DNA of 63,993 nucleotides, filler included, from Octopus bimaculoides (taxonomy: Eukaryota): the NCBI RefSeq assembly GCF_001194135.2. It is 7 parts of 6 records of this genome, joined end to end, with 100 filler letters (N's around TTAATTAATTAA, not from the genome) between each part and the next. Parts side by side here need not be neighbours in the genome. Positions count along the whole stretch, not along the records: positions 15,727 to 30,600 come from NC_068987.1; positions 30,701 to 51,478 come from NC_068990.1; 5 more parts are not named here. One strand, 5' to 3'. The notes beneath the pieces are model-generated. The model was not told where the DNA came from and did not search any database. It worked only from the letters and a program-made list of their open reading frames with translations. Of this stretch, positions 23,601-36,370 are shown piece after piece (position 1 is the first letter of the stretch; each line of letters opens with the position of its first letter). Both the position numbers and the translations under genes were made by a program.

Positions 23601-24860
23601 TGTTGTTTTTTTGTTTTTTTGTTATTGTTTTTTTGAACTATNNNNNNNNNNNNNNNNNNNNNNNNNNNNNNNNNNNNNNNNNNNNNNNNNNNNNNNNNNN
23701 NNNNNNNNNNNNNNNNNNNNNNNNNNNNNNNNNNNNNNNNNNNNNNNNNNNNNNNNNNNNNNNNNNNNNNNNNNNNNNNNNNNNNNNNNNNNNNNNNNNN
23801 NNNNNNNNNNNNNNNNNNNNNNNNNNNNNNNNNNNNNNNNNNNNNNNNNNNNNNNNNNNNNNNNNNNNNNNNNNNNNNNNNNNNNNNNNNNNNNNNNNNN
23901 NNNNNNNNNNNNNNNNNNNNNNNNNNNNNNNNNNNNNNNNNNNNNNNNNNNNNNNNNNNNNNNNNNNNNNNNNNNNNNNNNNNNNNNNNGAGAGAGAGAG
24001 AGAGAGAGAGAGAGGAAGATGAATCGAGATAGAGAGAAAGAGAGGGCGAAGGAGAAGGGTGTATGAAGAAAGAAATGTAGAGAGATATAAAGAAAAGCGA
24101 GAGTGTGGGGGTGGGGCAGAGAGACAGAAATAAAGACCAAAGGAAACAGGCTGATAGACATTGGTTAAAAAATTGCAAAGCTTGCTGGGAAGAGAAAACA
24201 CGTGCCACAACAAAATTAATTAGAGCTCAGCCAATCAGATGGCTGCGTCAATCTTCTCGCCAAACGACCACCACCATAAGTAATAGCTGACAATAAAATG
24301 ATGGGTTGTCCACATTGGTCTAACTTAATTATGAACCAAGGCGGCTTAAGTCAAATTATTTCTTACCGATTTCATTGTTTGATAATGCCTCCAAGATCTG
24401 TCTCAGACATTTCGCCTTTCACGTTTGATTTAGATTTCTCTCTCTCCCTCACTCTCTCTCCCTCCCTCCCTCTCTCTATTACTCTGTCTCTCCGCCTCTC
24501 TCACACTTTCTTTTTGTCATTCTTTCTTTCTTTACTTTGATATTTTCTGATGGGCGTTTTTGTTATTTTTGTTGTTGGCTCTGGTTGTTTCATGTATTTT
24601 TATGTTGTTGTTTTGTGTAAATAACAATTCGTAACAAATGTCTTTTGGTTCGATACTTGAAGAAGGGAAAATGTGTGTGTGCGTGCGCGTGCGCGCGTGT
24701 GTGTGTGTGCATGGGTGTATGTATGTGTGTGTATACATATGCATACATATATATATATGTATACACGCACACATATATATCTATTTATATATACATATGT
24801 ATGTATATACATATATACATATATATGCATACACATGATGTGTGTGTGACCTGTCTGTCA

Positions 24861-24899
<39 letters not shown>

Positions 24900-25500
24900 G
24901 TTGTTGTTGTTCTGACAACGTAATTCGTCTTGCAGCCATAAAATAACGTCAACTATATTAAAAGGTCTGTAGGTCCATGCTGTGTTAGCAGTGCGATTCA
25001 ATCATTTTAAAGCTATCTCTACAGATTTTGTATTGAATTTAAAGCCTGCAGCGAAAGTTAAGAATTTCGTATACGAATACGTCTTTATAAACAATGCAAT
25101 CGAATATAGAAAAATAGGTGTATATGCATATTTGAAGAGTTATTGCGCTTTCTCCGGCACCACATCCAACCCATTAATTTAATACATTTCTTAAATACCC
25201 ACTTTCATTGCTAGTTCCAAATTCTATGGAATATTTGTAAAGATAACTGGAAAGTGATTGAATCGCTCTGATAACACAGAAGGAGGACACAGCACCGACC
25301 TACAAACCTTTCGCATTATATTATGGTTCCCAAACGAAATAAGTTTTTCCTACCACCAATTGATATAGATGTTCCAGTTGCCAGGAACGTTTCTAATATG
25401 TATATTGGTCTATCCAATAGAGTAACATCTCTAAATTTTGTAGCTATTTAAACAATGTGTTCGTGAATGGTTAGTGAGTATGTATATATGTATATATGTG

Positions 25501-25552
<52 letters not shown>

Positions 25553-25562
25553 NNNNNNNNNN

Positions 25563-25603
<41 letters not shown>

Positions 25604-25977
25604 ATATATATGTATGTATATTTATGTATGTATGTGTAAATATATGTGTGTACATAGATGGGTAGACAGATACGTACATCCTTAAAATTCGATAAACACA
25701 CAAGGGAAAACACTGTACAATGAACAAGACATTATACATATACACACACACGTCTGTGTGTGTATACATGTGTGTGTGTGATATATCTCACCATAACCAG
25801 ACCTATCTATCTGTTATTGCCATCTCTAACAATATTCTAGTACAGAAGGTGTACAGTTTTGATTGATTTCATATTGAACATAATAGCGTCTTGAAAATGT
25901 GAATGGGTGTGAGAGTGCATATACGCGCATGTGTAGTGTGCAGTTGTGTATGTGTGTATGACAGAGAATATGTACTC

Positions 25978-26039
<62 letters not shown>

Positions 26040-27149
26040 NNNNNNNNNNNNNNNNNNNNNNNNNNNNNNNNNNNNNNNNNNNNNNNNNNNNNNNNNNNNN
26101 NNNNNNNNNNNNNNNNNNNNNNNNNNNNNNNNNNNNNNNNNNNNNNNNNNNNNNNNNNNNNNNNNNNNNNNNNNNNNNNNNNNNNNNNNNNNNNNNNNNN
26201 NNNNNNNNNNNNNNNNNNNNNNNNNNNNNNNNNNNNNNNNNNNNNNNNNNNNNNNNNNNNNNNNNNNNNNNNNNNNNNNNNNNNNNNNNNNNNNNNNNNN
26301 NNNNNNNNNNNNNNNNNNNNNNNNNNNNNNNNNNNNNNNNNNNNNNNNNNNNNNNNNNNNNNNNNNNNNNNNNNNNNNNNNNNNNNNNNNNNNNNNNNNN
26401 NNNNNNNNNNNNNNNNNNNNNNNNNNNNNNNNNNNNNNNNNNNNNNNNNNNNNTATATATATACATATATGATCTGTGTTAGACCACATGAAACATAAAG
26501 TAGGAGTTATTTTCTGGAAAGTATATCGGAATGTTTTGGAGTAAACTGAAAAGTAAATCCAATATGAAAGATATCGTGCCTGAAGTTTAAGAATCTGTCA
26601 GAGATTCTCTGACCTCCCCAGGTGAGATTTCTAAAGATTCGTGCATGTCTAAATGCTTAAATTCATCCATCATCTGGACTCTAGAATCAGTGGAATACGA
26701 TGGAGTTGCTAGAAACATCAACCAGTCTTGTGACGGTTGACATTACTGTTGTTTAGGCTGTTGCTACTGCTGCTGCTGTTGTTGTTGTTAATGGTTTGGA
26801 GGAATAGTAGTGGTCGAAGGTGTTGCCCTGGGGAGAAAAGAGACTGTCGGATGGTTAGTGCAGGGAACGACACACCTAAAGACAATACCGATGAACACGC
26901 ACCCGCACACATGCGCTCAGCCACGCACATATACACTTATAAGCCTATGGATGTATGTGCATGTTAACTGATCGATAGTCTGGATGCAAAAAGGTGCCAC
27001 CACACCGGATCAGAGTAGAACTAGAAAAGAAAGTGGGTAGTTCTATACTTATGAAGAAGCTGGAGGTTCCGAAGCAGGACCCCACAACCGGATGCAGTTG
27101 AATGTCATACCCAGAATATATGGATATATATGCATATATATGTATGTAG

Positions 27150-27189
<40 letters not shown>

Positions 27190-27399
27190 TAGATAGATAA
27201 AAAATTTTTCGAGATCCAGGAAATTCTGAACCTTCTGATTCTTTTAATGTGCTAGTTTCCTGGTATTAAATTGATATTAATTAATATCGAATGTTTACCA
27301 TATATAGATAGATAGATAGATAGATTGATAGATAGATAGATATGCTGGACTGCTAAAATCTACACGTCTTTTTCATCCTCCCTTTGTGTTTTTTTTTTC

Positions 27400-27535
27400 T
27401 CTCATTCCTTTCTGTTGAAGAGCTTTGGCTCGAAACGTAAAAGACGTTTCCGTTTTTCCCGACTGTTAAACTAATACACTTGTTTGTTGTTCATACACCT
27501 GTCTTCGTCTTTAGTTTTGCTATAAATTTCAACTG
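27400..27535 (+). mobile_element. Penelope-like terminal repeat remnant with minimal hammerhead-like motif (27412-27439)
   Basis: CTTT-CTGTTGA-A-GAGC(TTTG)GCTC-GAAA-CGTA-AAAG, then TTCCCGACTGTTAAACTAATAC. Confidence 0.55.
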
Positions 27536-27679
27536 TGTGTGTGTGTGTGAGTCTGTGTGTGTGTGCGTGTGTGTGTGTGATGTATGTATGTGTGTGTGTT
27601 TGAGTGTGTGTGCGTCTGCGTGTGTGTGTGTGTGTATTAATACAGCCACAGCCTTAGGGCTGAAACATAAAGAATAAAA

Positions 27680-27819
27680 GAACGTCTATCTAGAGAAAGA
27701 GACAGACACACACATACACACATAAACACACACATACACACATAAACACACAGATACACATACAAATCTATCTATACTTATATGAATATGTACGTATATA
27801 TATATATATATATTTATAC

Positions 27820-27883
<64 letters not shown>

Positions 27884-28005
27884 TTATATATATATATGCG
27901 TGTGCATGTACGTATGTATTTATGTATGTATGTGTGTGTATATATGTACATATGTAAGTATGTATGTAGTATGTATGTATTTATGTATGTATATATATGT
28001 ATGTG

Positions 28006-28051
<46 letters not shown>

Positions 28052-28070
28052 TGCGTGTGTGTATGTATGT
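27680..28070. repeat. TA/TG/TATG microsatellite field
   Basis: Directly visible. Confidence 0.9.
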
Positions 28071-28297
28071 ATAAAATGTATTCCTTTATTTATGTTTGGC
28101 GTATGGTATAAACGTGTAATAAAATGTGAAACTGTCGTCACAAATCCAATCTCTTTTGTCTTTATATATTTATTCATTTTATTGCTATTATCGTTTCTGT
28201 TATAAATTTGACAATTTGGGTTTGAACGACGGGTACGTGGATTGCTGTCGCAGCTGTGGGAAGGAGAGTAATACGGGTGGCAAGAAGAAGAAGTGAA

Positions 28298-28524
28298 GGC
28301 GAGCTGGTAGAAACGTTAGCACGCTGGACGAAGTGCTTAGCGGTATTTCGTCTGCCGTTACGTTCTGAGTTCAAATTCCGCCGAGGTCAACTTTGCCTTT
28401 CATCCTTTCGGGGTCGATAAATTAAGTACCAGTTACGCACTGGGGTCGAAGTAATCGACTTAATCCCTTTGTCTGTCCTTGTTTGTCCCCTCTATGCTTA
28501 GCCCCTTGTGGGCAATAAAGAAAT
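28298..28524 (+). mobile_element. SINE family 1, full-length monomer with 15-bp target-site duplication
   Basis: GGCGAGCTGGTAGAAACGTTAGC...GAGTTCAAATTCC...GCAATAAAGAAAT, flanked by AAGAAGAAGTGAAGG at 28285-28299 and 28525-28539. Confidence 0.93.
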
Positions 28525-28712
28525 AAGAAGAAGTGAAGGAGTAGGGTGGACTTAGCCATAATATTAAGGGTAGAAGAGATAGGTGGGTCTCCAGTCGGGG
28601 TCCGGGTCTGTCATTATGACCAGACAATGAAAGGCATAACTCCTTCAACCCTTTTCTTGATTTACAGGTGAGGAGTTTAACTAACAAATATACAAATAAA
28701 AAAAATAAATAA

Positions 28713-28872
28713 AGGAGTGGCTGTGTGGTAAGTAGCTTGCTTACCAACCACATGGTTCCGGATTCAGTCCCACTGCGTGGTACCTTGGGCAAGTGTCTAC
28801 TACTATGGCCTCGCGCCGACCAAAGCTTTGTGAGTGGATTTGGTAGACGGAAACTGAAAGAAGCCCGTCGCA

Positions 28873-28903
<31 letters not shown>

Positions 28904-29095
28904 NNNNNNNNNNNNNNNNNNNNNNNNNNNCATCCTTCAACATCGCTTGACAACCTATGTTGAAGTGTTTACGTCCCGGTAACTTGGCGGTTCAGCACAA
29001 GAGACTGTTAGATTAAATACTAGGCCCACAAAGAAGGTGATGCTCCAGCATGGCCGCATCAAATAACTGAAATAAGCAAAAGAATAAAAGAATAA
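28713..29095 (+). mobile_element. SINE family 2, composite (tRNA-like head, CORE-like CCTTGGGCAAGT, internal (GT)n, tail)
   Basis: Head GGAGTGGCTGTGTGGTAAGTAGCTTGC...GGATTCAGTCCC; tail GATGCTCCAGCATGGCCGC...AAAAGAATAAAAGAAT; small gap inside. Confidence 0.85.
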
Positions 29096-29541
29096 ATTAA
29101 TAAATTAACAAATAATAAATAGCGACGAGACTACGTGAAAAGAAAATTATTTCGCAGCTAAGGCGGGAAATGAGAACGATAGAATAAGTATGAGACATTT
29201 TTATAAAGTAGTAATGGGAACTATTAGAATTTGTCAAGGCGGTGCACCAGCATGACCGCAGTCCAATGACTGAAAAACGGACCAAAGGTAAAGTGAGTAA
29301 ATCTATAAACAAACAAATACAAATAAAAGAAAATCTCCAAAGAAAATCGAGTTAAAAAAACGTCCAAGGGGGATAACTCAATAAAACATTCATGCGAGTT
29401 TTCTCCCTTATGTTTCCAATCTGTTTCTTTTCATTTTTTTAGTTACGTATTAAGCGGCGAACTGGCAGCGTTATTGGCATCCGGACCAGAAGCTTGGCGG
29501 CATTTTATCCTTCCTTACGCCTTGGGCCTTCTGGACGCCCA

Positions 29542-29581
<40 letters not shown>

Positions 29582-30401
29582 TTTTGTCAGGCATAGACTT
29601 AGTAACTTCACTAAAGTGCTTCCCAACCCATTCCTAAACGTATACCGAGTTTCGTAGGAGATGACTTGGAATTTTTTAACCATTTCCTGAGCAAACCCAG
29701 CAAGGATTCTCTTTGTCTCATTTAACGCAATAAAGGTCCACACCTCAGTTCCTCAGGAATACGGAATAGAAGTTATGCAATTCTGAATGAAAAGTTTCCA
29801 AGTGACATACCTGAACGAATTGATAAAATGGCCCATCATAGAAGAATTAAGGTTCATCTTTTTCAAAGTAACATTTTATTAACTTCAATGTCAGCACTGT
29901 GGACGAATATCGGGGACTTCGATGGAAACGAATGTACCCGAACTTTTGCCGAACATGAGAATGAAGTTTACATACACACAGGTACACAGAGATACATACA
30001 TACATACATACATATATACATACATACATACATACATACATATATGTAGATCGATACACACATGCCCACACATTTACATGCGTATGGGTGTATGTGTGTT
30101 TGTGTGCTTGTGTATATGTGTGTAAGCTTCTCTCAATGTTTCTGTTTCACTTCTTCTCCCACCCAAGAACTCTTCTGCCAATAAAGTCCTGTTATTTCCA
30201 TATCTAACACATCTGTCTCTACATTTCACCATTTTCATCGTCTTGCCCCAACGTTTTATCTGAAATCTCTTTGTTTTCCTTCCTCAAATCTGATATATTG
30301 TCTCTTATATAATGTTTAATGACTCCAACAACGCGCATCTAACACATGTATGTCTCTGTATTTCTCTATTTCTTTCTCTCTTTTCTCTCTGTCTTTTCCA
30401 G

Positions 30402-30528
30402 AGGTTCCCTAAGCGAATGCACGGTGAATTCTCCATATTTATTTACTTCAGCGTTATCTGCCCTTCAGAATCAGACGGTATTCCTCCCCATGGGATTGAA
30501 TATTATGAACTTAAAGCACAGCAATCAG
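30402..30528 (+). CDS. Next exon of the same gene: RFPKRMHGEFSIFIYFSVICPSESDGIPPHGIEYYELKAQQS(X)
   Basis: Preceded by a ~55-nt polypyrimidine tract ending ttccag; donor CAG|gtaacg; 127 nt, open in phase 0 to 1; gives ...PQYCM|RFPK... when spliced to exon 20138-20229. Confidence 0.88.
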
Positions 30529-30815
30529 GTAACGACTTACAGACTCGAAAATAATCATACGACAACCTGTTAAGCATCATAAATAAATACGTATATATAT
30601 NNNNNNNNNNNNNNNNNNNNNNNNNNNNNNNNNNNNNNNNNNNNTTAATTAATTAANNNNNNNNNNNNNNNNNNNNNNNNNNNNNNNNNNNNNNNNNNNN
30701 TATATATATATATATATATATATCCAGAGTTGGAGAGAGACACACACTAAAATATGTATGTATATATACACACACACACACAAAGAGAGAAAGATAGATA
30801 GATGGATGGATATAT

Positions 30816-30862
<47 letters not shown>

Positions 30863-32175
30863 TACACACGCGCACACACACCACGTACACACATCGATTC
30901 CAAACTTTCCTATTCGCACGCTCTCAGATGAACTTCTCTAAAGTAAAAATAAGAATAAAATAGTAAAACAAAACTAATCAAAGAAGTCTCATACAATATG
31001 AGTTCGCGCTCACCTGTGTCGTTGCGTCTGCACTCTTGTCTTTCTTTCAGTTTTTCCCAAGCCAGCACCCTACCACAGTGTATCATACAAATACAGCGCA
31101 CATTGCTTTATGTTATAGTGATGATACTTTTAAATGTACAAGCAATACAATAATAGAAGTTAAATTCATACGCATATATTTGTATTTGTGAGAGAGAGAC
31201 AGAGAGAGAAGGAGAGAGACAGACAGACAGACAAAGTGAAAGTGAAAGTAGGAACGCCAACGTTTGCATGAGATTCCCAATACAAACATTCTATAACAGT
31301 CGAGTTATAAAGAAGCAGTGTTCATTATTTATTAGAGATTAACGAGTAACACGATGAGATTGCTAGAATGAATAGTTTGATGGATTACTCGTTTGATGGG
31401 ACTTTGACATAATCCATGCTTGAATGGCACAGATCACATTAGTGAATGTGTGAATGGATTGATAGATAGCCGGATGGATTTGAAAAAAGATATTGATTTA
31501 AGAGTAACCAGATTAAACGAGTAATGCGTCGGCGTGGACTGATTCAATTAATAAGATGAATGAATTAACGAGAAATGATTGAGACTCTTAACACCTCTCA
31601 CTTGCAATATCCCTTTCTTTTTTTCATGCAAAAAGAGCTGTATTTTTACTCTAGTAGGTGAGCTGTTTTGCTCTACTAGACAGATGTGTGTGTGTGCGCG
31701 CGCGTATGTCTTGTGCGCACGCGTGCGCTAGCGCGCGTATGTTTAATGAGGTAGGAATTGGGTAAAGCGGTGTGGTGGTCACGTTTAAGAGTAGTCTGTT
31801 TGTTAGCTAGAATTACTACTGTGGTTTCAGCAAGGTGGTTAAACCATTCCTAAGATTAATCATCACCCCTCTCTCTACACATTCCATCTCTTCACCCATT
31901 CACACATACACGCCCCCCCCCCTACACACACACGTACACTCCTGCATTTATATATACATGCATACACATATGCACACACGAACACATATACATACGACAC
32001 GCACACATACAGATACACACACAACATACACACAAAAATGCCCAAACTCTTCACTAAAACTCTCTCACGGATTCTTAAATAAGTTAGTTTTAAAAGCCTG
32101 GCCTCTTCCTACCAACAGCATTTTCAATAATTTTGGCAACGATGCCGAATTTCAAGCGAGGATATGTTTTGTGCC

Positions 32176-32570
32176 GTGACGCAACAATACAGCGCCGACA
32201 ATTCAGCGCTAGATAATTCATGGCATAGAGGATTCAGCGCACAGAAAATGCAGCGTAGGGCATCTCTTTGAACTTAGGTAAAGGTTATTTTGGGGATGAG
32301 AAAGAGAGGAAAAATCTTCAATCATTTGTTTAAAAACGTTACGTATATGCATGCTTTTTGTTTATATATAGTTAATCTATTCTATGACTGATGTGTTTGT
32401 AGGTTGGATGTCCATTTGTTTTAGATATACAAACAACACCAATATAATATAATAATAAGTTACATATATTACATGCGCTGAATTGTCTATGCGCCGAATT
32501 ATCTAGCGCTGAACAGTCGGCGCTGAATTGTCAGGCGCTGAATTGTCAGGCGCTGAATTATCGTTCGTGC
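32176..32570. mobile_element. Foldback-type MITE with TIRs built from 14-15-bp subrepeats
   Basis: Left arm repeats GACAATTCAGCGC (32183-32245), right arm repeats GCGCTGAATTGTC (32475-32562); AT-rich spacer. Confidence 0.8.
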
Positions 32571-33644
32571 TAATAGAGTGAATGACAGCTTTCACATATT
32601 AGTAGGGCACCCTCGATTTTTCTATCACACTGGTGGTTAGGAGACATTCTTACTCCGTTTATTATTTAAGTATTTAGTCGGGTTTCTTAAGGAATATTCA
32701 TCTATGTAGAGTGTGAGGTACCTAGAACAGGTTCGTCTTCCTGACAGTTTAACACGGCTAGCTCTCAACCTTTAATCATTCCATCTTTTGAACTTTTCTA
32801 CTTTAAAATCTGAAATGTAAGATCTTTTCTACCCTGATGACGGAGGCTCGTCTCATCCAATGTTGATTGCTACTATTACGGCCACATTTTGTGATGAACT
32901 ACATCTACCAACATTACGATGGATATATGACTCCCCAGAAAGAGCTGTTGGACTTATAACACCGTTCTTCCTCCACCTTATTTTTCTCTGTCGTTTGTGC
33001 TCTGTTGTATCGCACGTTCGACGTAAGATATAACGGAATAATAATAATGTTCTCGCAAATCGTTCTACTCAAGATACTAGTAATAACCCTCGACAATAAG
33101 CAACTCTCGGCTTTACACAGTTCACGGCTCCCTTACACTCTCTGCGTATGTCCATTTATATTGCGGCACAGTCCATTAGGAGCCAACCAATAGGGGTATT
33201 CTACTTCCACACAGCATACTCCTTGTAAGATGGATCTATTAATGTTGATATCTATATACTTAGATATTTATCGTCAGAAATTCTTCACATTTTACTTTCT
33301 CTCGTTATGCATGTATACACATATATATATTTTGTTTTACAAGACGCAACGAAAATTTTAGGAAAATAAAAAGAAAAATAAGTGGAAATTTTACCGGTGA
33401 GTGTGTTAAATTTTAAGGCACAATAAGAAAATGACTCTCCCCAGACACAACAGAACATAGCCAAACTGTTATATGTAATACATCTAATTTTTTTATCCGC
33501 ATCATTGCCTTTATCTAATACGACTAATATTTTCCCTCCATCTTTATATCAGATGCCTTAGGGCAAATGAGACAAATGCCGATTCAGAATATCTATTGAG
33601 GCATTCTTCATTAATTTCAAGATATTATGATTTTCAAACGGTGA

Positions 33645-33717
<73 letters not shown>

Positions 33718-34989
33718 AAACTCATTTCTCATTTAATACATTACTAAATGTCCTAATTGTTGTATGACGAGACATCCAGACGCCATTTATATTGACACTA
33801 GCCATCTATTTTCAACTCTACGTTTAACATAAATCTGGCTCAGTTTCTCTATTGGTATGTACGTGTTATTTAATGTATTGTTAGTCTTTATCCATAATTT
33901 GCAGATCTTTTTAAGTGTCGAGTATGAGATCCAAAATGTTGCTGCAAGTACTACTGATCCTGCGAAAATGTTAACGTATAATCAATTTGACAAGAAATAG
34001 TAGTTTTGCTTTCAATATCTTCCACAATGTACTGAAGTGCGTTTGTCATTCAAACTTTACTCATGGACTTAACAGCCAGAATATCGCCATTAATTATTAG
34101 AAATTTGAGATATTTTTCATTATAGATGAGAAGTCAAACACACCAATGATATTCATTTCATTGTTGATCAACGACCTTTCTCAGACTAAATAACAAATAT
34201 GTTCACATATGCTCTGATTCTGACGAAATCCCATTCCTTTATCCCATGAAAAATTAGGTACCATCTCTAATTGTCACGTACTCTCGTCAATGCTATTCTA
34301 TACAAGATCTCATCTTCAATGAAAAAAAAAAGAAGGTTTTTCCGTATCTCTGTAGATAGGAGGCGTTGATGATAGTTGTGTTTATAGTTTAAAATAAACA
34401 GAAAAGAATGTTTGAAGAAATACACCATTGTCTGTCGAAATATGCTTTCCCTTATATAAAAATAAAAATACATAAACTCCCACGCACACACATATATATA
34501 AGCAGCACGTGTGATATATGCATACATATATACATACATACATACATATGTGTGTATGTTGTTAAACGCCAGTAGCTACCGTATTTCGTGTACAGGAAGT
34601 CTCTTTCAAGATGTATGTGTTACAAATCACAGTTTTTCAAACATAGATGAAAGTAAATATCCCAAAAGTGAACGGAAAACATAGATATTGATATTCGCAA
34701 TTCCTGCTACTGCTCGGTGTCATGTACTCGCTCCACTTCCGAAGTATATTTGCAAAAGCCAGGTAGAAGTATATGCAAATAATGTAAAATCTATTTGCTG
34801 ATGTGCAAGAGAGCCACACAAATAGAAGAAAATTCAAATTTTGCTTTATAAGCAAGGTAATGTAAACATTATCAATATCACGTACTTACTGCATGTGTGT
34901 TGTTAAACTGTTCTATCTGCAGTATTTCCTCTCAGGAAGGCCTTTTAAAAGACGTTTAGTATTTTAAAAATAGTATATATACTATATAT

Positions 34990-35390
34990 ACTGGTCTGAA
35001 TTACGCAAGAATGAAGATAACGCTGACCTCTTATTTTAACAGATATATTTACCGAAATGACATAAAAATATCTTGAAACACTAAAGATTATATGCATCCA
35101 ATAAAATCGCCATAGGTTTCAACCAGGATCTGCAGACGACTTCAGAATTTCCTGCAACTCTACTGGACGGACTACTTTTTTAATTTGGTGAATGCTGCCA
35201 TAATCTTTGCCTTCATTTCATATTTAGTTTTACAAGACGTTTTGTTGGTCTCTGGCTCAATTTCACCCCACACGTAATAATCAAGAGGGTTGCAGTCTGG
35301 GTAGTTAGGTGGCAAGGTGTTAGGGGTGATGTAGTCGCAGAAATTGTCTGACAGCCACGGCTGGGTTCTCTCTGCTTGTGTAGCACACAC
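34990..35390 (-). mobile_element. maT/DD37D-like Tc1-mariner transposase 3' end, decayed, truncated by microsatellite and gap
   Basis: TQPWLSDNFCDYITPNTLPPNYPDCNPLDYYVWGEIEPETNKTSCKTKYEMKAKIMAAFTKL...SRLQILVETYGDFI. The WPPNSPDLNPLDY.VW-type third-Asp motif is present; the second Asp is not visible. Confidence 0.85.
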
Positions 35391-35769
35391 GCACATATAT
35401 ATNNNNNNNNNNNNNNNNNNNNNNNNNNNNNNNNNNNNNNNNNNNNNNNNNNNNNNNNNNNNNNNNNNNNNNNNNNNNNNNNNNNNNNNNNNNNNNNNNN
35501 NNNNNNNNNNNNNNNNNNNNNNNNNNNNNNNNNNNNNNNNNNNNNNNNNNNNNNNNNNNNNNNNNNNNNNNNNNNNNNNNNNNNNNNNNNNNNNNNNNNN
35601 NNNNNNNNNNNNNNNNNNNNNNNNNNNNNNNNNNNNNNNNNNNNNNNNNNNNNNNNNNNNNNNNNNNNNNNNNNNNNNNNNNNNNNNNNNNNNNNNNNNN
35701 NNNNNNNNNNNNNNNNNNNNNNNNNNNNNNNNNNNTATGTTTATATATATGTATATATATATATATGTA

Positions 35770-35805
<36 letters not shown>

Positions 35806-35940
35806 TGAGTGTGTGTCTGTGTCTGGGTGTGTATATATATATATAGATATAAATTTCAGAGTAGTAAAAATTTATTTACAAATTTTTTACCACCAGGGGT
35901 CTAGCGTGTAGAAAAACTGTATTATTCATTATAAATACAG

Positions 35941-36370
35941 TGTATATGAATATATAGGCATATATATATATAAATATACAGTGTACATTTAAACACATAA
36001 GATATGGCCATAATAAGACATCTAACCCGCTGGAAGGAGTAGTTAAAATCCAAACCACTAATGGGTAATCTCGAAAGGAAATGAAAAATAAAAACATTTA
36101 GCAATTATTTCCTGGACCATGGTTTCAAGCTTTCTTCAGCAAATAAAATTATTTGCAAATAATTTGTTTACTGAAGAAAGCTTGAAACCATAGATCAGAA
36201 AATAGATGGTAAATATTTTTATTCTTCATTCCCTTTCAAAGTTACTCCTAATAGTGGTTTGGATTTTAACTACTCTTTCTAGCGGGTTAGATGTCTTATT
36301 ATGGCCATATCTTATGTGTTTAAATCTACACTGTATATTTATATATATATATATACATATATATTCATAT
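35941..36370. repeat. Spacer-less ~430-bp palindrome
   Basis: Centre AATTATTTGCAAATAATT (axis 36155/36156). Arms of about 215 bp; the ORF track shows the same peptide (VVWILTT.SSGLDVLLWPYLMCLN) on both strands. Confidence 0.93.

Noticed and set aside
26490-26860. Strong minus-strand acceptor (tcttttctccccag) followed by a Gln-rich frame
   Set aside because: Every frame hits a stop within about 35 codons and no matching donor gives an open exon.
32834-32866. CTGATGA-CGGAG... hammerhead-like start
   Set aside because: The GAAAC and the 3' side of stem II are lost; at best a dead relic, not called as a ribozyme.
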